Source: Rickettsiales bacterium (GTDB lineage: Bacteria > Pseudomonadota > Alphaproteobacteria > Rickettsiales > SXRF01). From it: a DNA stretch of 64,000 bases. The number at the start of each line of letters is the position of its first letter. Position 1 is the stretch's first letter. The notes under the pieces were generated by a model. The model did no database searches, was not told where the DNA came from, and saw nothing but the letters and a program-made list of their open reading frames with translations. Location: NCBI GenBank assembly GCA_964231325.1, contig CAXRIF010000003.1, positions 866,927 to 930,926 on the forward strand, in the 5' to 3' direction. The translations under genes were made by a program, and so were the position numbers. This document shows positions 28,260-38,067 of the stretch, piece by piece.

Positions 28260-30026
28260 TTGGATATTCAAATGGTTAATGGCACTCAGATAGCCAAAGG
28301 TGTTGATGCGGTGATAGATACGCGCCAGTCTTTGCGCGTGAGCTCTAGAGCGCGCCGTGCAGCGACGGGAAATGGCGCTGGTTCAGGAGCGCCGAATGCT
28401 GCTAAAACTGAAGCTTCGATGAGCCCAGATCAGGTGGCTGCAAGTAAACAGCTTCAAGTTGAAGATGCCATGTATGCGCCGGGTATGTCTGACAAGTTAC
28501 TTGGTGGTGCCGGTACTGCTGTTGGTATTGGTGGCATGGTACCATTTATTGGGCCTGCGGCGTTAAAAATTGCTGCGTTCCCTTTTAGCAAGATTGGTGA
28601 ATGGACTAAATCTGAAGGACTTCAGAGTTTGGGTGCGAAGATTAGCAAGCCGGCCAGAGCTTTTGAGGAGGCAACTTTTGCATCGGCGGGTGAGCGACTT
28701 GGAATTGGTGGTGCGGTGGGTAAGGCATCGCAAACGTTAGCAAATGGTGCTGGTGCTGTTGCCGAAACTGTTGATAAGCGAGTGCATGTAGGTAGAAAGC
28801 TGCAAGGGCGTGCGGTAGGCAGAGCACACAGACATCTACTCTCTGCACAGGACCATGCCACAAAATTAGAGCTTTCAGAGATTCCTGCTAAACACAGAAG
28901 TCATTTTAGAGCATTGCACGACCATGTTACTGGAGCAGCGCACACAGGAGATTTGGCGACAACGGAAACTGTACGAATTGCAGAACAGAATGCAAAAGGT
29001 GCAGTAGGTACGATTGAACGGACAGTTCCAAAAGCATCCCTTACAAATGCGTTGAGTGGTGCAGAAGAAGCGCTAGAAGATCTTGCCAAAAGTGGCGCTA
29101 GTAGGAAGACTGTTAAACAAGCGAGAAACTTTGTAAGTAGCGCTGGAAAAATGTCTGACAGCATGGCGCATGCAGGGGCAATAAACGAGGTTGGTCATTC
29201 TATTCGCTCCGTGCCCGGTAAACTAGGTCAAGCTAAGCTTGGACACGGCCTGATGAACGGCGCGTTTATCGCCGGCTCTGGCGTGTCGATGGTAAGTGAC
29301 GCAAAGACTTTCAAAGGGCGCCTAAAGATGCTCAAAGAAATGTATGCGGACATGACTGGTACTCCCATTGCGAAAGTGTCTACGGCTAAAGTAATGCTAG
29401 GTGCTGTGCCTGAGCCAGTGCGTGTGGCACGTAAACTGATCGTTAAGAAGCTGGCTATACGTGAAGCGACCGATACTATTGGTATGGGCGTAAATATTCG
29501 CCAAGCCGTGGATCGTCGTTTTAATGGTCCGCTAGCCATTGCAGCATTTATTTTACCAGAAATGATTGGTAGTAGCGCCGATAGCATGATGGGTGAAACT
29601 GTGCTACCTGCGTACACACAGTTCAAACACTTGCAGCTTGAGGCGAAGGCTGCCGGACAAGAGCTTCCAGCTGAAGCTTACGCAGGATTTGTTGGGGAAA
29701 TAAGCCCTGAATTGAAAAATCGTGGTGGTTCACAAAGCCGTTTTGCACAAGAGCTGGCTAAACAATATGCGGCGGAGAAAAAGACTGCTGCGGAAATAAT
29801 GAATGAGCTTGATAGTGGTGAGCTGCTATCTCGTGTACATAATCTAATCAAAGCGGCATCGGCTGAAAAAGCGGCGGCAGTTGCAGGAGCCGGAGCGGCT
29901 GATACGAAGCAAGTATCACATACACAGCGCCTTGCTGGCGCTAAAGAGGATATGCCAGTGCTGGGCGCGCACACAGAAAAAGTGGCTGCGGAAACACCGG
30001 CAGAAAATGGCGTGGTGAGGAGCTAG
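28260..30026 (+). CDS. Large Ala/Gly-rich hypothetical protein (588 aa) with hydrophobic helices
   Basis: Long ORF; GGAGTAVGIGGMVPFIGPAALKIAAFPF segment; stop abuts the next ATG. Confidence 0.8.
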   Translation: MDIQMVNGTQIAKGVDAVIDTRQSLRVSSRARRAATGNGAGSGAPNAAKTEASMSPDQVAASKQLQVEDAMYAPGMSDKLLGGAGTAVGIGGMVPFIGPAALKIAAFPFSKIGEWTKSEGLQSLGAKISKPARAFEEATFASAGERLGIGGAVGKASQTLANGAGAVAETVDKRVHVGRKLQGRAVGRAHRHLLSAQDHATKLELSEIPAKHRSHFRALHDHVTGAAHTGDLATTETVRIAEQNAKGAVGTIERTVPKASLTNALSGAEEALEDLAKSGASRKTVKQARNFVSSAGKMSDSMAHAGAINEVGHSIRSVPGKLGQAKLGHGLMNGAFIAGSGVSMVSDAKTFKGRLKMLKEMYADMTGTPIAKVSTAKVMLGAVPEPVRVARKLIVKKLAIREATDTIGMGVNIRQAVDRRFNGPLAIAAFILPEMIGSSADSMMGETVLPAYTQFKHLQLEAKAAGQELPAEAYAGFVGEISPELKNRGGSQSRFAQELAKQYAAEKKTAAEIMNELDSGELLSRVHNLIKAASAEKAAAVAGAGAADTKQVSHTQRLAGAKEDMPVLGAHTEKVAAETPAENGVVRS

Positions 30027-31022
30027 ATGGCGAAAGATGTAGAACATAAAGGAATGAAGACTTCTACAGCCTTAGACGCTGCAAGCCTTGGTGCTAATGG
30101 TGTAGAATTTATTGCCCCTAAAGTTATTGATGGGCTTTCGACTGGGGTTGCTCAGGGGGTGATGGGGCCTGCCGGTTTTGTTCTGCAAACGGGAGCCGGT
30201 GTTTATCGCGTATCTGAAGAAGAAGCGCGTTACGCAGAAACTCTTGGGATGAGCCCTGAACAATATGCACGTGCCTCACACACAAGTAATGCGCTTAAAG
30301 AGTTGCGCAATCGTGAAGATGAGAAGCGCGCTCATAGTGTAGGGAATGCGGCTACTTCTTCAACGGCATCATTAGCGGGAGCGGCTGTCGGTTCGGCACT
30401 CTTACCTGGTGTTGGTACTATTGTAGGGGCGATAGGTGGTGGTATTGGTGCTAGCGTGCTGTATGACATGGCATTAGTGGGTGCGGATAAAGATGTTGCT
30501 CTACTGGCTGTAGATATTGATGGGCAACAGAGAGCAATAAGCCGTGAAGAAAGCTTTGCGTTATTGACTTCTAACCTGCTTCCTGAGCAAAAATCATTAA
30601 TGCTTAAAGACTTGGAAAAGCAAACAGGGCATAACAACTTCATGGATGCACTGAATGATCAGGGTATTCCAACAGATATTATGGATAAGTACGAAAGTAC
30701 GCTTAGAACATATACACAAATTCAGCCCGATGGAACTGGGCAAGATGTTGCTACGCAATTGGCCTCACAAATTAATGCGGGGCAAATGAGCGCTAAAGAT
30801 TTGTTGTTACCTGATCAACTGATTCGTGATGCCAGCATGATTAATCAGCATGTGAATGCGCAACATATGCAGATTACGGGTGGACAGACGGTAACCAATA
30901 TAGAAAATCCACTACCTACAATGGATGGTGGCACGTTTGCACAGCATGAGGCGGGGCGTAGAAATGCCGCGCAAGGACATAGAAAGCCTGGGGTTAATAA
31001 AGCTGACCCCTCTATTGCATAA
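30027..31022 (+). CDS. Glycine-zipper hypothetical protein (331 aa) in the tape-measure position
   Basis: SLAGAAVGSALLPGVGTIVGAIGGGIGASVL; ends 32 nt before DUF2460. Confidence 0.8.
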   Translation: MAKDVEHKGMKTSTALDAASLGANGVEFIAPKVIDGLSTGVAQGVMGPAGFVLQTGAGVYRVSEEEARYAETLGMSPEQYARASHTSNALKELRNREDEKRAHSVGNAATSSTASLAGAAVGSALLPGVGTIVGAIGGGIGASVLYDMALVGADKDVALLAVDIDGQQRAISREESFALLTSNLLPEQKSLMLKDLEKQTGHNNFMDALNDQGIPTDIMDKYESTLRTYTQIQPDGTGQDVATQLASQINAGQMSAKDLLLPDQLIRDASMINQHVNAQHMQITGGQTVTNIENPLPTMDGGTFAQHEAGRRNAAQGHRKPGVNKADPSIA

Positions 31023-31054
31023 CATTTAATTTCTCACTTACATTTGGAGTTTGT

Positions 31055-31657
31055 ATGGCATTCGTAGAAATACGATTTCCGACGGATATTGCCTATGGTT
31101 CAGCCGGTGGCCCTGTCTATAGTACGGATATCGTGATTACCCGTAGCGGTCATGAACAACGTAATTCGAACTGGGCAGAGGCGCGCGCTCGATATGACGT
31201 GGCGCATGGGGTGAAGAGTCAGGCACAGCTCGATACCTTAATTGCTTTCTTTCGCGCTCGTAAAGGACGTGCGGATGGGTTCCGTTTTAAAGACTGGACC
31301 GATTTCTCTGCAACTTCTCAAGTGATTGGAACGGGTGACGATATGCAGTCTCAGTTTCAACTCGTTAAAACTTACGAAAATGGCAGTGTTATAGAGAGCA
31401 GAACAATTAGTAAGCCTGTAGATGGTACAGTTAAAATATACCTGGATGGGGTATTAGTAGACGAGGCTAATTATAGTGTAAATGTACTTAACGGACTTGT
31501 TACGTTTGTTGCTGCTCCTGCAGATGGCGTCGTCATTACTGCTGACTTTGAGTTTGATGTTCCGGTGCGTTTCGATACAGACCGCCTGTCTGCCAGCCTT
31601 GATGCTTATGGTAGTAACAGCTGGAGTAACATTCCTATTGTAGAAATCAGAACGTAA
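31055..31657 (+). CDS. DUF2460 distal tail protein (GTA g12-like)
   Basis: RFPTDIAYGSAGGP, GHEQRNSNW, FFRARKGRADGFRFKDWTD, FEFDVPVRFDTD. Confidence 0.95.
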   Translation: MAFVEIRFPTDIAYGSAGGPVYSTDIVITRSGHEQRNSNWAEARARYDVAHGVKSQAQLDTLIAFFRARKGRADGFRFKDWTDFSATSQVIGTGDDMQSQFQLVKTYENGSVIESRTISKPVDGTVKIYLDGVLVDEANYSVNVLNGLVTFVAAPADGVVITADFEFDVPVRFDTDRLSASLDAYGSNSWSNIPIVEIRT

Positions 31658-31671
31658 TTCATAGAGGGTTT

Positions 31672-32538
31672 ATGAAACAGATATCTACATCACTAGAGGC
31701 GCATATCTCCGGTGAGGTGACAACGCTTGCAACATGCTGGAAACTAAAGCGCAGAGATAATGTTATCATGGGTTTTACCAACCATGATAAAGATATTCTA
31801 TTCGATGGCGTGGTTTATAGGGCTGATACGGGATTCACACCTACCGTAGTAGAAAATACTTCAGCTGCCTCGGTTGATAACCTTGATATTGAGGGAATGA
31901 TCTCTGCCTCTAGTATTACAGAAGCGGATATATTAGCCGGGTTATATGATTTTGCAGAAATAGAAATTTTTCTGCTGAATTATAACGACACATCTCAGGG
32001 AGCATTAAAATTACGGCGTGGATGGTTAGGTGAAGTCTCATTACATAAGCAGCAATTTGTTGCTGAGGTTAGGGGGCTCACGCAGCGCTTGTCACAGACA
32101 ATAGGTGAGCTTTATTCACCATCCTGCCGTGCAACGCTGGGCGATCATCGTTGTAAGGTTGTTTTGTCAGGGCATACGGTAACAGGTAGTGTGACTAGTG
32201 TGGGGTCTACTCAGGAGTTCTTTGATACAGCGCGCACGGAAGAATCGGGGCTATTTACCTTCGGGCTAATTACTTTTACGAGCGGAGCCAATAATGGTCT
32301 TTCTATGGAAATTAAAGAATATTACTATAATGTAAGCTCTGGTGGCCGTATTATATTGGCGCTTCCTGTGCCCTATAGTATTGATAGTGGTGACACTTAT
32401 TCGCTAAGCAAGGGGTGTGATAAGACAATTACGACCTGTTTTGAGCGCTTTGACAATGTTGTTAACTTTCGTGGTGAACCAAATGTGCCGGGAATCGACA
32501 GAATGTTGGAAACAGCTGGCACACGTAGTAATTGGTGA
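31672..32538 (+). CDS. DUF2163 baseplate hub (GTA g13-like)
   Basis: TTLATCW, GFTNHD, CRATLGDHRC, GCDKTITTC, NFRGEP. Confidence 0.95.
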   Translation: MKQISTSLEAHISGEVTTLATCWKLKRRDNVIMGFTNHDKDILFDGVVYRADTGFTPTVVENTSAASVDNLDIEGMISASSITEADILAGLYDFAEIEIFLLNYNDTSQGALKLRRGWLGEVSLHKQQFVAEVRGLTQRLSQTIGELYSPSCRATLGDHRCKVVLSGHTVTGSVTSVGSTQEFFDTARTEESGLFTFGLITFTSGANNGLSMEIKEYYYNVSSGGRIILALPVPYSIDSGDTYSLSKGCDKTITTCFERFDNVVNFRGEPNVPGIDRMLETAGTRSNW

Positions 32539-32605
32539 GTTAATGATTTGGTAATGCTTTCATGGCTTAAATAGGAAAGTATTTTTCTATTTCTTTGTAG
32601 GCATT

Positions 32606-32794
32606 ATGGAGCTTTTCAAAAGTTTTTTTGTTGGTGCATTATCTGTTTTGCATGTGACTAGTAGGCCGATGCTTTATCGTTATCCTTATCGTACATCTGC
32701 GCAAGGCATACGTGCTGATTGGCAAAAAATTGCTGGAGATATAGAGAGTGTAATGGGAAAAATTAAGACAGAGGGCGATCATGGAGAAAAATAA
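32606..32794 (+). CDS. Small hypothetical protein, partner of the DUF2335-like gene
   Basis: IRADWQKIAGDI motif; overlaps the next start. Confidence 0.65.
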   Translation: MELFKSFFVGALSVLHVTSRPMLYRYPYRTSAQGIRADWQKIAGDIESVMGKIKTEGDHGEK

Positions 32795-33284
32795 GAGTAC
32801 TCCAGAACATAGCTATGCCCAGCGCCCATATAAAACGGGTGGCTATAGGAAGCCTGGTGGTAAAGAGCGAATTCAGAACCGCACTGTAGAAATTCTACCT
32901 CACCCTGAGGTGTTAGAGAGCTATAACTATGTTGTAGATGGCTCTGCCCAAATGATTCTGACTATGTTTGAAATAGAGCAAAAGCACCGTCATGAATGGG
33001 AATCTCAGGCAATAAAAATTCATAGTACGTCGACAGTATTGGGTCAGGTTCTTGGGTTTCTTATTGCTATTTCAGTATTTGTTTCTGCAACGGTGATTGG
33101 CATTTATGGCAATACTATGATTGCGGCAAGTATTTGGGTATTTGGTATGAGTATTGTCGTGATGGCTGGACTGGTTTGGGCTTATGCTAAAAGCATGGGG
33201 CAGCGTCCATTATTTGCGCGACCTACTATGCGAACTCATTTCCGCCCAGAAAAAGAGTCTAAGCAAAATACTCCTCAGGCTTAA
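32781..33284 (+). CDS. DUF2335-like membrane protein
   Basis: LPHPEVLESYN..GSAQMILTMFEIEQKHRH followed by two TM helices. Confidence 0.75.
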   Translation: MEKNKSTPEHSYAQRPYKTGGYRKPGGKERIQNRTVEILPHPEVLESYNYVVDGSAQMILTMFEIEQKHRHEWESQAIKIHSTSTVLGQVLGFLIAISVFVSATVIGIYGNTMIAASIWVFGMSIVVMAGLVWAYAKSMGQRPLFARPTMRTHFRPEKESKQNTPQA

Positions 33285-33306
33285 CTAGCTTATATTTGGA
33301 TTTTTT

Positions 33307-33759
33307 ATGAATGATGTGGACATCGTTATGGTGGCGCGCAGCTGGATTGGTACGCGTTTTCACCATCAGGGAAGACAAAAGAAAACAGAAAGACATAAGG
33401 GCGGAGTAGATTGTTTGGGGCTACTTGTTGGGGTGGCTGGCGAGCTTGGTTTGCATCTTAGTGATGGCACGCCATTAGCGAGCTTTGACTCTACAAATTA
33501 TTCACACTATCCGAACACTACAGAACTAATGCAGAAGTTAGCGCGTTTACTCGATCCTATACCTACAGAAGAGCTTTGCGCCGGTGATGTGTTGTTACTC
33601 CGTATTGATGAGAACCCTCAGCATCTTGCCATTGTTAGTAATTATCAGTCCGGTTTAGGGATGATACACGCTTATGCGCCTGCACGTGCTGTGGTTGAGC
33701 ACTCTTTGGATACATGGTGGATGAAACGCATTAAAGCTGCGTACCGCATTAAATTATAA
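33307..33759 (+). CDS. NlpC/P60 cell-wall peptidase (GTA g14-like)
   Basis: ARSWIGTRFHHQG, GVDCLGL, HLAI, MIHAY. Confidence 0.93.
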   Translation: MNDVDIVMVARSWIGTRFHHQGRQKKTERHKGGVDCLGLLVGVAGELGLHLSDGTPLASFDSTNYSHYPNTTELMQKLARLLDPIPTEELCAGDVLLLRIDENPQHLAIVSNYQSGLGMIHAYAPARAVVEHSLDTWWMKRIKAAYRIKL

Positions 33760-33774
33760 ATTAGCGAGAATATT

Positions 33775-36700
33775 ATGGCTTCGATTATACTCAGTACCGC
33801 GGGTACTGCCCTTGGTGCTGCGTCTGGAAATCCATTTATGGGGTTTCTTGGCTCTCGGTTGGGGAAAACTCTGGGCGGATTCATTGATGGTAGTATATTG
33901 GGGGGCGATGCTAAATTCCGTACACGTGGGCCGCGCCTAGCTGATCTTGGAGTGCAGACCTCTACTTATGGAAAAATGATTCCAATTTTGTATGGTACGG
34001 CACGTATTGGTGGGAATATTATTTGGTCTCGGCCTATTAAAGAGGTGGTGACTAGTACTACAAGTTCAGGCGGTGGTGCTGGTGGTAAAGGTGGCGGCGG
34101 TCGTGTAAGCCAGACTACTACAAGTTATAGCTACTTTGCTTCACTAGCTATTGGCATTTGTGAGGGTGAAGTAGATGAAGTGCTTCGTGTATGGGCGGAT
34201 GCTAAACAACTTGATCTGTCACTTTATACTGTACGTATTTATAAAGGTGATGAAGACCAGCTGCCAGATAGTCTTATTCAATCTATTGAGGGGGCCAGCT
34301 CAACACCTGCCTATAGGGGTATGGCGTATGTAGTATTAGAGGATTTCCCGCTTGCCGATTTTGGCAACCGCATACCAAATTTTACTTTCGAGGTGAGAAG
34401 GCGGCTTCTTTACCCTGATTATGAGGGTCAAGTGCTAGAGGAAATGATCAAGGGGATGGTGATGATTCCCGGAGGGGGGGAATTTGTTTACGATACCCAG
34501 ATCGAAAATAAGATTCCGGGTGCTCAGACTACCTCTGGTTGGACACAACAAGGCAATCAAGAGCCCATTAACATGCATAATGCTAATGGTGTAGCGAATG
34601 CGCTAGTGTCTTTAGACCAATTAGAAAGCACATGTCCAAATCTTGAGTGGGTATCTGTAGTTGTGTCCTGGTTCGGCACTGATATGGATGCCGGTAACTG
34701 TATCGTAGAGCCAGGAGTAGAGTTTAAAGTAGGTGCGATTACAGAACCTGATAGCTGGTCAGTGGCAGGGTATACGCGGGCAACGGCTCGCCAGATTACA
34801 TTGGTTGACGACGCTCCTCAATATGGCGGAACCCCAGATGATGACAGTATTGTACGCTATGTGCAGGAGCTTCGTAGTCGTGGATACAAGGTCATTTTTT
34901 ATCCGCTGATGTTTATGGATGTGGCCAATAAACCGTGGAGAGGTGATCTCACTGGGAGCGCAGCTGATGTGGCTGACTTTTTTACTAAAACAAATGGCTA
35001 CAACGATTTCGTTACACATTATGCAAATTTACTATCGGATAAGGTCGATGCTTTTTCTATCGGCTCAGAATATAAGGGGCTGACTAAAGTTACTGATGCA
35101 CCAGGGAACTATCCTGCTGTAAATGCGCTTGTCAGCCTTGCTGCAACCGTTAAAAGCATTGTGGAGAGCTCCGTTAAAGTAACGTATGCAGCTGATTGGT
35201 CTGAATATCACCATACTGATGGTGGCTGGTATAACATGGATCCATTATGGGCCTCCCCCAATATTGATTTTATTGGTATTGATGCATATTTCCCATTAAC
35301 AGACTCTCCGCAAGGCAGATATGATATTGATGAGGTTATTGCTGGATGGACGTCTGGTGAGGGGTATGACTGGTATTATAGTGACCCAGAAAGAACAATA
35401 CAAACCCCGTTAGACCCTGCTTACGCATGGAAAAATATTGAATGGTTCTGGAATAATACACATATTAATCCTGATGCTGTCCCAACAGCATGGGTGCCAC
35501 AATCAAAGAAGATATGGTTTACCGAATATGGTTTTCCCAGTGTGGATGGAGCCACCAATCAGCCCAATGTGTTTTTTGACCCAGATAGTAGTGTTAGTGG
35601 GTTTCCGTATTATTCAAAGGGGCGTGTAGATTTCCGTGCTCAACGTGTTGGGCTTATTGCCACTGAACATAAATGGAAAAACTCGTCATTCATTGAGCAG
35701 ATGTTTATATGGACGTGGGACGCACGTCCATTTCCTTATTGGCCCGATTTGCTTTCTATTTGGTCTGATGGAGCGTCGTGGAAAACGGGGCACTGGGTGC
35801 AAGGAAAGCTGGGGATATCAAGCTTAGCCGCTATAGTATCGGAGCTGCTTGAGAGGGGCGGGTTATCTTCAGAGGATTATGACGTTAGCAAGATAACAGA
35901 CCAAGTCGAGGGGTATGTGGTGCATGGTCAGCAATCTATTCGCGATTGTGTAGATATTCTAAAGCAAGGGTACTTTTTTGATTTGGTTGAATCAGACAAT
36001 GTTCTTAAGTTCATTCCTCGGGGTGGAGATAGTGTTCTGTCTGTTACGGAAGATAATCTGATTGCTATTGGTGATGATAATGGTGAGGCCTTTCAAATCA
36101 CGCGAGCACAGGAGATTGAGCTGCCTAAACGTGTGAATGTTGTTTATTTAAATCGTTTGGCAAATTATCAGAGTTCGACTCAATACTCACAGCGTGAAAT
36201 TAGTACTACGAGGGAAGTAACTACCATAGATCTTCCTATTGTTTTCCCGTCCCAAGTGGCTAAATCCATTGCAGATATCACGGTATTTGCCAGTTGGGTA
36301 GGGCGCACTGGATACCAATTCGACTTGCCAATGCAGTATGCTCAGATTGAGCCGACAGATGTTATTACTGTTACTGTATCTAACGTAAGTCACCGTATGC
36401 GCATTCTATCTACGCATTTGCACCCTACGGGAGCCATTCGAGTTAATGCCGTAGCAGATGATGTATCTACTTATGATTTTTATACTGCGCCGGGGGAAAC
36501 CTCTGAGGTGCCGCCTGGTGGTTTGTCTATACCTGCTACCCGTATTGAGTTTATTGATACTGCCGCATTTCCTGCCGATGAGGTGGATAAAGGCGTATTA
36601 AGGGTTGCGGGTATCGGTGTTGCTGAAGGCTGGAATGGTGCAGCGTTGTACCGGTCAGATGATAATGGAGAAAATTATACTCGTGTTGATGATATTACTA

Positions 36701-37455
36701 CGCCATCTGTTATGGGAACGGCTAACAATGTGCTCGCTAGTGGGCCGTCCGCAATATTTGATGAAATGAACACGGTAACGGTAACATTATTAGGGGATGG
36801 TGAGCTGCAAAGTGTTACCGAAATTGCCGTGCTTAATGGTGCAAATGCTGCGTTGATTGGTAATGAAATTGTGCAGTTTAAAAATGCCACATTACTAGAG
36901 CCAGGAAAATACGAATTGAGCGAATTACTGCGAGGCAGACTGGGTACTGAATGGGCTATGAGTGGTCATGTTGACGGTGAACGTTTTGTATTGCTCGATG
37001 GTCGCTTGAGCCGGCAAAGTACTCTAAATGGTGTTGTAGGCTTATTGCGTCATTATAAACCTGTAAGCTATGGAAATGCCCTCTCTGAAACTACGGCGGA
37101 GGAGTTTACGTACAGCGGTGTTGCGCTCTTACCTTATAGCCCTGTTCATATTCGAGGGGAGCGCGACGGAGCTAACAACCTCACTATCAGTTGGATTAGA
37201 CGTAGTAGATTAGGTGGTAATTGGCAGGATTTTGTTGATATTCCGCTTAATGAAACAACAGAGCAGTATGAGGTTGACATTATGAATGGTGGAGATGTGG
37301 TTAGAACGCTGTCTGGTTTAACCTCTCCTATGACTAGTTATTCTGCTGCAGATCAAATAACGGATTTTGGCAGTGTGCAGTCTTCATTAACCGTGAAGGT
37401 GTATCAACTTTCTTCTGCGATTGGCCGGGGCTATCCTGGAGAAGCGGCTGTGTAG
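33775..37455 (+). CDS. Baseplate multidomain protein (megatron; GTA g15-like, TIM-barrel)
   Basis: PAYRGMAYVV, FGNRIPNFTFEV, YGGTPDD, TYAADWSEY, SKKIWFTEYG, WTWDARP, LLRGRLGTE. Confidence 0.96.
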   Translation: MASIILSTAGTALGAASGNPFMGFLGSRLGKTLGGFIDGSILGGDAKFRTRGPRLADLGVQTSTYGKMIPILYGTARIGGNIIWSRPIKEVVTSTTSSGGGAGGKGGGGRVSQTTTSYSYFASLAIGICEGEVDEVLRVWADAKQLDLSLYTVRIYKGDEDQLPDSLIQSIEGASSTPAYRGMAYVVLEDFPLADFGNRIPNFTFEVRRRLLYPDYEGQVLEEMIKGMVMIPGGGEFVYDTQIENKIPGAQTTSGWTQQGNQEPINMHNANGVANALVSLDQLESTCPNLEWVSVVVSWFGTDMDAGNCIVEPGVEFKVGAITEPDSWSVAGYTRATARQITLVDDAPQYGGTPDDDSIVRYVQELRSRGYKVIFYPLMFMDVANKPWRGDLTGSAADVADFFTKTNGYNDFVTHYANLLSDKVDAFSIGSEYKGLTKVTDAPGNYPAVNALVSLAATVKSIVESSVKVTYAADWSEYHHTDGGWYNMDPLWASPNIDFIGIDAYFPLTDSPQGRYDIDEVIAGWTSGEGYDWYYSDPERTIQTPLDPAYAWKNIEWFWNNTHINPDAVPTAWVPQSKKIWFTEYGFPSVDGATNQPNVFFDPDSSVSGFPYYSKGRVDFRAQRVGLIATEHKWKNSSFIEQMFIWTWDARPFPYWPDLLSIWSDGASWKTGHWVQGKLGISSLAAIVSELLERGGLSSEDYDVSKITDQVEGYVVHGQQSIRDCVDILKQGYFFDLVESDNVLKFIPRGGDSVLSVTEDNLIAIGDDNGEAFQITRAQEIELPKRVNVVYLNRLANYQSSTQYSQREISTTREVTTIDLPIVFPSQVAKSIADITVFASWVGRTGYQFDLPMQYAQIEPTDVITVTVSNVSHRMRILSTHLHPTGAIRVNAVADDVSTYDFYTAPGETSEVPPGGLSIPATRIEFIDTAAFPADEVDKGVLRVAGIGVAEGWNGAALYRSDDNGENYTRVDDITTPSVMGTANNVLASGPSAIFDEMNTVTVTLLGDGELQSVTEIAVLNGANAALIGNEIVQFKNATLLEPGKYELSELLRGRLGTEWAMSGHVDGERFVLLDGRLSRQSTLNGVVGLLRHYKPVSYGNALSETTAEEFTYSGVALLPYSPVHIRGERDGANNLTISWIRRSRLGGNWQDFVDIPLNETTEQYEVDIMNGGDVVRTLSGLTSPMTSYSAADQITDFGSVQSSLTVKVYQLSSAIGRGYPGEAAV

Positions 37456-37995
37456 CTAACCTAATAAGCGCTTCTTTTGTTGTTGGAATTCCTCTTCCGT
37501 TAGGTGTCCTTTTTCCTTTAATTCGGCTAGTTTCGCTAATTGCGATGTAACATCCATATGTGTGGATGTGCCTTGTGAAGTTGAGGGTGGTGTGCTTTGA
37601 GAGAGACGTGCAGCGTGCATTGCTTCTTGCGTGGTCTTGACGAACGGCATAATGGAGCTCTTAAGTACCATTTTTATGGTAAAGGAGCTGGCGCCATCCC
37701 ATACACTTATTGAGCCAAAAACAACCGTGAATGCATGGTCTATGGATTGAATGCGATCCAGTGGAAACTGTACCTGTCTTAAGCCATAGATCATACCGCA
37801 ATTCAAGAAGACAAGGCGTCTATAGGTGCATACGCCTAGCCAAGTGGCATTGTTCATTAGTCCAGATGTAACGGCGAGAACCTCTTCATCAGAATCAAGG
37901 ATTTTGGGAAGCGCTCGGATTTCTTTCTCTGTCCAGAAAATATATTTTCCTGGGCACGCATCAATCTGACGTTTGATATCACTCAGTGAGGGCAT
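37456..37995 (-). CDS. Bacterial PH-domain protein with C-terminal SHOCT domain
   Basis: EEVLAVTSG..CTYRRLVFL..PLDRIQSI; QLAKLAELKEKGHLTEEEFQQQKKRLL; AGGAGG RBS. Confidence 0.85.
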   Translation of the reverse strand: MPSLSDIKRQIDACPGKYIFWTEKEIRALPKILDSDEEVLAVTSGLMNNATWLGVCTYRRLVFLNCGMIYGLRQVQFPLDRIQSIDHAFTVVFGSISVWDGASSFTIKMVLKSSIMPFVKTTQEAMHAARLSQSTPPSTSQGTSTHMDVTSQLAKLAELKEKGHLTEEEFQQQKKRLLG

Positions 37996-38067
37996 GTTAC
38001 CTCCTGTTTATTAACAAAATACCCCCCTCAATGTAGAGATATAATCAATTTTTGACTAGGAGAATTT

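Noticed and set aside
28260..31022. Confident tape-measure protein call
   Set aside because: Position and Ala/Gly richness fit, but I recognise no tape-measure motif and no tube or chaperone genes accompany it; kept only as a hypothesis
24590..31054. Contractile injection system (eCIS or tailocin)
   Set aside because: No sheath, tube, VgrG/PAAR or baseplate wedge genes; the baseplate is of the siphophage/GTA type
38020..38035. Further copy of motif B upstream of the tail fibre (TACCCCCCTCAATGTA)
   Set aside because: TAC-GTA spacing is off by one and the central TA is missing
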